Below are positions 8,582 to 16,062 of a DNA stretch of 64,000 bases, in pieces. The stretch lies in NCBI GenBank assembly GCA_014894395.1, contig JADBLO010000072.1, positions 130,351 to 194,350 of the forward strand, given 5' to 3'. The stretch comes from Thermoplasmata archaeon. GTDB lineage: Archaea; Thermoplasmatota; E2; DHVEG-1. Every line of letters starts with the position of its first letter. The first letter of the stretch is position 1. The notes under the pieces are model-generated. The model made no database searches, was not told the origin of the DNA, and saw only the letters and a list, made by a program, of their open reading frames with translations. A program made the translations under genes and the position numbers.

Positions 8582-10444
8582 TTGAATCGGAAAGGGTTGG
8601 CTGTTGGATTAATTCTTCTCTTCATTGTTTCGATAGTTGCTCCAATGGGAATTGGAAATAAAACAAATTCAACAAAGAATTATGAAAAGTACAATCTTAA
8701 TAGTTATCATATTTCTGAAGTATACAACAACGAAAAACAAATTCGTAGGAATCTTGTTCCTGATACTGTTATTTCTGATGTTTCAGTCTCTTATAAGGGA
8801 ACAGCATCTCCATCTAACGTTTTAGGTCCAATGAATTCCTCGTGGCCGATGTACTGCCATGATACGCACCATACTGGAAGAAGTCCTTATAGCACTGCTG
8901 ATAATCCACCAGGACACATGAAATGGCGCTTTGAAAATGATAAGATTGGCTGTCTTTATGGATCATCGGCTATTGATTCCAATGGAATCATTTATTTTGG
9001 AGGTGTAGACTTTTTTGCACTCTATCCCAATGGAACATTGAAATGGCAATATCCGATTGAAGGGTGGAGCGAGTCCTGCCCAGCAATTGACGATAACGGA
9101 ACAATTTATGTCGCCACAGCATATGGAGATCCAAATTATATTTACGCAATATATCCAAATGGCACCCTAAAATGGAGATATTGGATAGGGGGAGCAACAA
9201 ACATATTATCTTCGCCGGTAATAGGACTAGATGGGACAATTTTCTTTGGTTGCGGACAGTCCATAGTTGCACTCTATTCGAACGGAACACTTCGCTGGCA
9301 ACATTCGACAAATCACCTTGTCTATTCATCTCCAGCCATCGGAGATGATGGGACTGTCTATTGCGGCTGTCATGACACTTATTTATACGCTCTTTATCCG
9401 AACAATGGGACCGTAAAATGGATGTTTAAAACAGGGGATTGGATTCGGGTCAGCCCCTGCATCGCTGATGACAGCACCATTTATTGCGTTTCACTTGATT
9501 CTTATCTGTATGCCATAAATCCAAATGGAACGATGAACTGGAAAACAAACGTTGGCGCTGGAACATCACCAACCATAGGACAAGATGGAACCATTTATGC
9601 AGGGTGGAGTAATCTTTACGCAGTTAACCCAGATGGCTCGGTGAAATGGATTTATAGTTCCGCTGGAGGAATCGAAGGTGGTACGCCGTGTACATCTCGG
9701 GAGGGAATTATCTATTTTGGGACATACAATGGTTATCTCATTGCAGTAAATCCAAATGGTACTGAAGCATGGAAAGCACCTATTGGTCAATGCCAGTCAG
9801 CTCCAGCAATAGATGAGGAGGGAAACCTCTACATTGGTGGAATGGATGGCAATTTGGTTGGTTACCTTTATGCCTTTGGCCCAGGAGGAGTATTAAAAGT
9901 AGAAGCAAACGGCCCCTACAATGCAATGTATAATCAATCCGTTCAATTCGCAGGTACTATCTATGGTGGTATACCACCATATAACTGTCACTGGGACTTT
10001 GGAGATGGAAATACCTCAGAAGAACAAAACCCCAAGCATACCTATTGTCAGATTGGATCTTTTAATGCCACATTCAACGTGACCGATTCGGAAGGCAACT
10101 ACAGTTCTGATACAGCAAAAGTTACCATTATTGCTAGATGGCCTTTGGTCACTATTACAAAACCAGTGAATGGCATCTATCTTATGGATAAGAGAATCCT
10201 ACCTTTCTCCAAACCTGTCATCATCGGTAAAATCACAATCCAAGTAGAAGCGACACAGGAACCATTTGGCATTGAACGTGTTGAATTTTATATTGATGAC
10301 ACACTGAAGGCAACCGATACCGAAACTCCCTATCAATGGACATGGAGCACACCAGCCTTCTTCAAACACACCATCACCGCAGTTGCATACGATACCTCTG
10401 GGAAAAGCACGGGAAAATCTATCGAGGTGTCGAAGTTTTTCTAA
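8582..10444 (+). CDS. Secreted PQQ-like beta-propeller repeat protein with PKD-like domain and C-terminal Ig-like domain
   Basis: 620 aa. TTG start with a GAGGA RBS. N-terminal signal/anchor. Repeated ~40-aa units (NGTLKWQY / DGTIYFG / LYALYPNGT) typical of PQQ/WD-like propellers. PKD-like segment WDFGDGNTSEEQNPKHTY. C-terminal Ig-like domain shared with 26420..28303. Confidence 0.6.
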   Translation: MNRKGLAVGLILLFIVSIVAPMGIGNKTNSTKNYEKYNLNSYHISEVYNNEKQIRRNLVPDTVISDVSVSYKGTASPSNVLGPMNSSWPMYCHDTHHTGRSPYSTADNPPGHMKWRFENDKIGCLYGSSAIDSNGIIYFGGVDFFALYPNGTLKWQYPIEGWSESCPAIDDNGTIYVATAYGDPNYIYAIYPNGTLKWRYWIGGATNILSSPVIGLDGTIFFGCGQSIVALYSNGTLRWQHSTNHLVYSSPAIGDDGTVYCGCHDTYLYALYPNNGTVKWMFKTGDWIRVSPCIADDSTIYCVSLDSYLYAINPNGTMNWKTNVGAGTSPTIGQDGTIYAGWSNLYAVNPDGSVKWIYSSAGGIEGGTPCTSREGIIYFGTYNGYLIAVNPNGTEAWKAPIGQCQSAPAIDEEGNLYIGGMDGNLVGYLYAFGPGGVLKVEANGPYNAMYNQSVQFAGTIYGGIPPYNCHWDFGDGNTSEEQNPKHTYCQIGSFNATFNVTDSEGNYSSDTAKVTIIARWPLVTITKPVNGIYLMDKRILPFSKPVIIGKITIQVEATQEPFGIERVEFYIDDTLKATDTETPYQWTWSTPAFFKHTITAVAYDTSGKSTGKSIEVSKFF

Positions 10445-10467
10445 ACAATTAATACTTGTTTAAATTT

Positions 10468-10887
10468 TTAATTTTTTTTACAAATCCTATCGAATGGATA
10501 CAATTCCATCTGAAGAGAAGTTACTACCTTCATAATGCTATCGAAGGAACCAAAGAACAAATGGCTTTTACAGGAACAATCACTGCACCCAAAACCTTGG
10601 ATACTTGCGAAATTTCTTTCTAAGTATTGAGCTATTCTACATTCTTCCCTTCGATTATTTTCTTTATAAAATATTTCAATGATCTCTGTAAAAGGAAGAA
10701 GATAATCAATATGCCAATGGGTCTTTTTGTCTCTCCTGAGATGTCGCTGTATCCGTTGATCCAGTCCATTTAACGCGGAACCTACGTATGCATAGCATCC
10801 TTTTTTAAAATGGAGTATCCCGTGTTTTCCTACCATAACAGAGGTGTCTTTCGGAAGTGTTATAATAAGGAGATAGGCACCTTTCAT
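10468..10887 (-). CDS. GIY-YIG (Uri superfamily) nuclease-like protein, DUF123 family
   Basis: MKGAYLLIITLPKDTSVMVGKHGILHFKKGCYAYVGSA matches the DUF123 N-terminus. The track ORF extends to 11208, but that part is antisense to the 10940..11305 gene. Start moved to Met108. Confidence 0.55.
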   Translation of the reverse strand: MKGAYLLIITLPKDTSVMVGKHGILHFKKGCYAYVGSALNGLDQRIQRHLRRDKKTHWHIDYLLPFTEIIEIFYKENNRREECRIAQYLERNFASIQGFGCSDCSCKSHLFFGSFDSIMKVVTSLQMELYPFDRICKKN

Positions 10888-10939
10888 CAGAAGGATATGT
10901 GCATAGGTTCTTATAAGACCAATTCTGTTTCTTACTCTG

Positions 10940-11305
10940 ATGGCAATGCATAATCCGAAGTTTATTGCGGTGGAGTCACTGAAAGAGGCAAAGAAAGAAA
11001 TAAAGAAAATAGGCAGTGATTCAAAGAGTATCGATATTATGGCTCCTAAAATGATCACAAAGGTCATTAATCTTGAACATGTGGTGTTACAAGATGCTAT
11101 CATTATTAAGCAGGATATGCTTTCTATCGGGGGAGAAGTTGCGATTCCACGGGATGCATTTGAACTCAAACAACGTAACGCTGATATCCTCGTAATAGGG
11201 ACAATCAAACAACTCCAGGAATTAGTAGGAAAACTCCAGCGTCATTATCCCCGCATACAAACAATTTCGAAGGAATTATCTGTTTTATTGAAAGAGATAG
11301 GGTAG
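10940..11305 (+). CDS. Conserved hypothetical protein (121 aa)
   Basis: Clean ORF divergent from the DUF123 gene. No motif I can name with confidence. Confidence 0.4.
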   Translation: MAMHNPKFIAVESLKEAKKEIKKIGSDSKSIDIMAPKMITKVINLEHVVLQDAIIIKQDMLSIGGEVAIPRDAFELKQRNADILVIGTIKQLQELVGKLQRHYPRIQTISKELSVLLKEIG

Positions 11306-11887
11306 GATATTCTTTGTAAACCCTTTGAATCCTACTTGGATATCTAGATACACTGCCGCTGATTCATTTCCATCGGGGACAAATTTCAGGTGGTGAAACC
11401 CTTTCTCCGTATAATAAAACGGATAGAGGGTTACTATCGGATGAATGGGCGGAATTGAAATACCGTTAAGGGTTGCGTAGGATGAGTTATCAGAAAACAT
11501 TTCTACTTTTTCAGGGGGAGTAGAAGAAAATGAGAGTACGTAATAGGTAACTCCAATCTTCGGTCGAATACTAATGTAACTCCCAAAAAACATGAGGGTC
11601 GGATGAGGGAATGGCTTGTCGTTCCAATTTCTCACGAGGCGATAGGGGACGCCGGTGATCTTTGCGATCAATGGGGGGACAATATAGATTAAAGCGGAAC
11701 TGAAATTGCTTAACAGTGATCTATTATCTATAGGAGCTGGAAAACGGGCATATGTTTTAATGAGTGGTTGCATTACAGAATCTGCTTCTTGAATTAATGC
11801 GTTTGCAGGCACTGTCATTAGTAAAAACAATGCTACTGCACAGATGGTTATGCCTTTCTTTAAAAAACCATTACTTCTTTTTTTCAT
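11285..11887 (-). CDS. Secreted hypothetical protein
   Basis: 200 aa. N-terminal signal peptide MKKRSNGFLKKGITICAVALFLLMTVPANA. Confidence 0.4.
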   Translation of the reverse strand: MKKRSNGFLKKGITICAVALFLLMTVPANALIQEADSVMQPLIKTYARFPAPIDNRSLLSNFSSALIYIVPPLIAKITGVPYRLVRNWNDKPFPHPTLMFFGSYISIRPKIGVTYYVLSFSSTPPEKVEMFSDNSSYATLNGISIPPIHPIVTLYPFYYTEKGFHHLKFVPDGNESAAVYLDIQVGFKGFTKNILPYLFQ

Positions 11888-12089
11888 GATACGGACCTCC
11901 CATATATCTATCGTTTTTTTATATTATATATTATTCATATATAAATAGTTTGTTGGAAGGAAAGGACGATGAATGAACAGAGAAAGTAATCTATCGTATT
12001 ACCTATTCGTCTTTTGCAGTGAATCTCGCTCCCTGCAGAAACGCCCAAAAAAGACATTAACTCATAGATGATTCTAGGTCGGAGGCCGT

Positions 12090-13439
12090 ATGGAGAACCC
12101 TGTGTGTCCCCTTGATTTTCGATATGGGAGAAAAGAGATAAAAAAAGTCTTTGGTGAAACAAGTAAACTACAATATCTCTTAGATGTAGAAGCTGCACTG
12201 GCTCGGGCTCATGCGGCAGTTGGTAATATTTCAAAGAAGGCTGCTGATGAGATTTCAAAGAAAGCCTCCGTGAAATACGTCACGGTAAAACGAGTCAATG
12301 AACTCGAGAAAGAAACCAGACATGACATCATGGCAGTCACCAAAGCCTTAAGTGAAATATGCAGTGGTGACGCAGGAAAATACGTTCATCTGGGTGCAAC
12401 CAGCTATGATATTGTTGATACCGCGAATGCGTTGCAATTCGCACAAGCAACAGATCTGATCAAAGCACAAGTCAGGGAACTGCGGGTCACCCTTGTTGGT
12501 CTTGCGAAGGAATATAAGAACACGATCATGGCGGGACGGACCCATGGGCAATATTCCATACCGATTACCTTTGGGTTGAAAATGGCGGTGTACGCGATGG
12601 AGGTCGACCGGCATCTGGAACGACTCCATGAGTGTAAATCACGGTTGCTTGTCGGCAAGATGTCTGGTGCGGTCGGATCCGGTGCTGCGATGGGGAAACA
12701 CGCTTTGAAAATCCAGGAACTGGTCATGGCTGACCTGAAACTCGGGACCGAGGAGGCATCAACCCAGATTGTGGGTCGTGACCGCTATATCGAACTGTTG
12801 TCGGTGCTAGCGAATATCGCAAGTAGCATGGAGAAATTTGCTACCGAGATTCGAAATCTGCAACGCAGTGAGATTGGTGAGGTCTCAGAGGCGTTCGAGG
12901 CGAAAAAACAGGTTGGCTCATCCACAATGCCGCAGAAGCGAAATCCGATTCTTTGCGAGCAAATCTGTGGACTGGCCCGTGTCATACGAAGTTTTATCAT
13001 CCCAGCGTATGAGAACGCAATCCAGTGGCATGAGCGAGATCTCTGTAATTCCTCCTCAGAACGATTCATCCTTCCTCATTCATTGATTATGACGGATTGG
13101 ATTGTATTTCAGATGAACAAGGTGTTTCGGAACCTGCAGGTGTACCCGGAGCGGATGCGGGAGAACCTGGAGAACTCCAAAGGTCTCCCCATGGCTGAAG
13201 CAGTTATGACAAAACTGGTGGAGAAAGGCATGGGTCGGGGTGACGCCCATGAACTGGTCAGAACCTGTTCTCTGAAAGCAGCAAGTGAGAATAAACAGCT
13301 CCTCTCGGCATTACTTGAGAATCCTAAGATTACGAAACAATTAAAGAAGAAAGAACTCGAAGAAGTAATGAACCCGCGGAACTATCTTGGTGTCTCCGAT
13401 AAAATCGTTGATCAGGTGGTAAAGAAACTCACGCGATAA
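12090..13439 (+). CDS. purB: Adenylosuccinate lyase
   Basis: 449 aa. N-terminal PLDFRYG motif. Fumarate-lyase signature GSSTMPQKRNP. Confidence 0.85.
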   Translation: MENPVCPLDFRYGRKEIKKVFGETSKLQYLLDVEAALARAHAAVGNISKKAADEISKKASVKYVTVKRVNELEKETRHDIMAVTKALSEICSGDAGKYVHLGATSYDIVDTANALQFAQATDLIKAQVRELRVTLVGLAKEYKNTIMAGRTHGQYSIPITFGLKMAVYAMEVDRHLERLHECKSRLLVGKMSGAVGSGAAMGKHALKIQELVMADLKLGTEEASTQIVGRDRYIELLSVLANIASSMEKFATEIRNLQRSEIGEVSEAFEAKKQVGSSTMPQKRNPILCEQICGLARVIRSFIIPAYENAIQWHERDLCNSSSERFILPHSLIMTDWIVFQMNKVFRNLQVYPERMRENLENSKGLPMAEAVMTKLVEKGMGRGDAHELVRTCSLKAASENKQLLSALLENPKITKQLKKKELEEVMNPRNYLGVSDKIVDQVVKKLTR

Positions 13440-13456
13440 AGAGAAGGTGCAGAGCC

Positions 13457-14599
13457 ATGGAAAAACTCGAAAGACTTATCGCAAACACGGAAGAAGTCGT
13501 CACGATCGAAGAACTGAAAACGGTGTTGAATAAACCGAACCCAAAAGCATACATCGGGTTTGAGCCATCAGGTGTGGTGCATCTCGGATGGAAGATTTGC
13601 ACCAATAAGATAAAGGATTTCCTCGCCTGTGGTTTTGATTTTACGATTCTTCTTGCAGATTGGCATGCATATATTAATGACAAGCTTGGCGGGGACCTTG
13701 AAAAAATCAAACTCTGTGGTAAATATATGGAGGATTGTTTTGCTGCTATGGGTATTGAAAAGGAAAAGGTGCGGTTTGTCTATGCAAGTGATTATGTGAA
13801 TGACTCTAAGTATTGGGAGCTCGTGTTAAAGACGGCGAAAGCAACCTCGGTTGCCCGAGTAAAACGTGCGATGGATATCATGGGGCGAGCTGAAGATGAA
13901 GCAGAAAAAGATCTCTCAAAATTGTTTTACCCAGCAATGCAGGTTTCTGATATTTTCTATTTAAATTTAGATGTAGCGTACGGAGGTATGGATCAACGTC
14001 ATGCACATATGCTGGCCAGGGATGTTGCAAAGAAGCTCGGATTAAGACCACCTGTTGCTATTCATACACCATTGCTTACTGGTTTACAGGCTGGTTCTCG
14101 AATGAATCCAACTGAATTCAAATCCCCTTTAGATGACTATTCGCTTGGAAGTCAAAGAATCTCTAGTAGTCAACCTCAACTTAACCCTAATTTGGGTAGC
14201 ACAGCATCCCCTTCAGATTTTAAAATGAGTAAGAGCAAACCAGATACCATGATCTCGATTCACGATACACCTGACATAGTGAAAAAGAAAATGAGTAAAG
14301 CATATTGTCCTGAGAAGCAAATCAAGGGAAACCCGGTATTGGAGATTTGTAAGTTCGTCATTTTCCCAGACCTTGACGGAAAATCCTTTTTGATTGAACG
14401 GCCTGAGAGATTTGGGGGAAATCTGGAGTTTTCGACGTATACAGACTTGGAACAGGCTTTTATTGCAGGTCTTCATCCCCTGGATTTGAAGAATGCAACC
14501 GCAAATCACATTAATAAAATCCTTGAACCCGTTCATGTGTTCTTTGAGAAGCACCCTGAGAATTTACAGAAAATGAAAACAGCAGGAATTCTTCTCTAA
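13457..14599 (+). CDS. tyrS: Tyrosyl-tRNA synthetase (archaeal type) with an insertion at the KMSKS loop
   Basis: 380 aa. Aligns closely along its length to M. jannaschii TyrRS (AYIGFEPSG.VHLG, ILLADWHAY, KMSKS). About 45 extra S/P/Q-rich residues sit between LLTGL and KMSKS. Confidence 0.85.
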   Translation: MEKLERLIANTEEVVTIEELKTVLNKPNPKAYIGFEPSGVVHLGWKICTNKIKDFLACGFDFTILLADWHAYINDKLGGDLEKIKLCGKYMEDCFAAMGIEKEKVRFVYASDYVNDSKYWELVLKTAKATSVARVKRAMDIMGRAEDEAEKDLSKLFYPAMQVSDIFYLNLDVAYGGMDQRHAHMLARDVAKKLGLRPPVAIHTPLLTGLQAGSRMNPTEFKSPLDDYSLGSQRISSSQPQLNPNLGSTASPSDFKMSKSKPDTMISIHDTPDIVKKKMSKAYCPEKQIKGNPVLEICKFVIFPDLDGKSFLIERPERFGGNLEFSTYTDLEQAFIAGLHPLDLKNATANHINKILEPVHVFFEKHPENLQKMKTAGILL

Positions 14600-14601
14600 C
14601 A

Positions 14602-15414
14602 TTGTTTCCATTTCAGACTAAAAAAATAGATTTAAATCATATCTTTAGATTAACCTCACCCATGCTACTGCAAAACGGGTTGGTTGTCGGTCTTTTCATG
14701 TTTCTTATTGGCATTGCATTATTTGCTGTAGGTCTCTATTTTTATAAAAAGAAACAGTTGATAGCAGATACGCCTACATCGAAGATTCGGTCAATTGCGA
14801 TGGGATTGGTTGAAATCTTTGGGCAGGTTATACCAATAAAAGAACGGTTGTTTAAAAGTCCGTTTACTGACAAGGAATGTGTGTACTATCAATTTACCAT
14901 AGAGGAATATCGGAGTAGCGGGAAAAATTCTCATTGGGTCACGATTAAGAAAGGGGAGCAGAGATGTCTTTTTTATCTGAAGGACGACACAGGCATGGTA
15001 TTGATTGATCCGACTGGCGCAAAGATTGAAGCAAGAAGGGATTTTGAATACCAATCAAGTCTTGGGAAAGACCCCCCAGAGCAGGTCATTCGATTCCTCG
15101 CCGCAAACAATTTGGCACATGAGGGATTTTTAGGATTGAATAAGACCATGCGTTATCGGGAAACCATTATTGTTCCAGATGAGAACTTATATATCATGGG
15201 GACTGCAGGTGAGAATCCTTTAAAAATAGAGGCGACTGAAAACCACGTCGATTCCATCATGATTCAGAAGGGAAAATATGAGAAGCAATACTATATTTCA
15301 GATAAATCAGAGAAACAAATTTTGAAAAACCTTGCGATACTTACCTATGGAATGTGGGGGTTTGGGATAGCATTAATTATTGTTGGAGCAATATTGTTTT
15401 TCGGACTTATATAG
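14602..15414 (+). CDS. Membrane protein with TM segments at both ends and a central GIDE-like domain
   Basis: 270 aa. An N-terminal TM helix and a C-terminal TM helix flank a ~170-aa soluble domain (CVYYQFTIEEY...FYLKDDTGMVLIDPTG). Architecture resembles prokaryotic GIDE-domain proteins. Immediately upstream of LemA. Confidence 0.45.
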   Translation: MFPFQTKKIDLNHIFRLTSPMLLQNGLVVGLFMFLIGIALFAVGLYFYKKKQLIADTPTSKIRSIAMGLVEIFGQVIPIKERLFKSPFTDKECVYYQFTIEEYRSSGKNSHWVTIKKGEQRCLFYLKDDTGMVLIDPTGAKIEARRDFEYQSSLGKDPPEQVIRFLAANNLAHEGFLGLNKTMRYRETIIVPDENLYIMGTAGENPLKIEATENHVDSIMIQKGKYEKQYYISDKSEKQILKNLAILTYGMWGFGIALIIVGAILFFGLI

Positions 15415-15436
15415 GTGATAAAGGAGAGATGACATA

Positions 15437-16000
15437 ATGGAGCTTTGGGGAATTATTTTTCTCATCATCGGGCTGTTATTCTTTACGTTATCAATCGCAC
15501 TGTTATTGATCTATAATGGCCTTGTACGTCTAAAAAACAATATTAAGAAATCTTGGGCAAACATCGACGTATTATTGAAACAACGATCAGATGAACTCCC
15601 GAACCTCATCGCTAGTGTCAAAGGATACATGGAGCACGAGCGAGCCACCCTTGAGGCATTAACAAAGGCACGTACCGACGTTCTCCAGGCGACGACACTT
15701 TCAAAAAAAGCAGCATCAGATATGCTTATTACCGAGTCGCTGAAAACAATTTTTGCTGTCGCGGAAAACTATCCGAATTTAAAGGCGAATGAGAATTTCC
15801 TCAAACTACAGAACCGAATTACCGCACTTGAAAATGAGCTTGCAGATCGTCGCGAGTTCTATAACGATAGCGTCAACATCTACAATATTCGTATTCATTC
15901 TCTCCCGGATATGATAGTTGCCCGGATGATGAAGTGCATTGATGAACAGTTATTCAAGGCATCAGATGAAGACAAGGCTGTCGTTCGAGTAAAGATGTGA
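15437..16000 (+). CDS. lemA: LemA family protein
   Basis: 187 aa. N-terminal TM, then YNGLVRLKNNIKKSWANIDVLLKQRSDELPNL...ENYPNLKANENF, characteristic of LemA. Confidence 0.75.
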   Translation: MELWGIIFLIIGLLFFTLSIALLLIYNGLVRLKNNIKKSWANIDVLLKQRSDELPNLIASVKGYMEHERATLEALTKARTDVLQATTLSKKAASDMLITESLKTIFAVAENYPNLKANENFLKLQNRITALENELADRREFYNDSVNIYNIRIHSLPDMIVARMMKCIDEQLFKASDEDKAVVRVKM

Positions 16001-16062
16001 GATAAAGAATGGGAAAGACTGTAGTCTAATTTATTAGAAAAAAATAATGAGAGAAGGGGTAA

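Noticed and set aside
10888-11208. N-terminal 107 aa of the 246-aa minus ORF 10468..11208
   Set aside because: This part is antisense to the plus-strand gene 10940..11305 and has a Cys/Ser-rich nonsense composition. The DUF123 homology begins only at Met108, so I trimmed the start to 10887.
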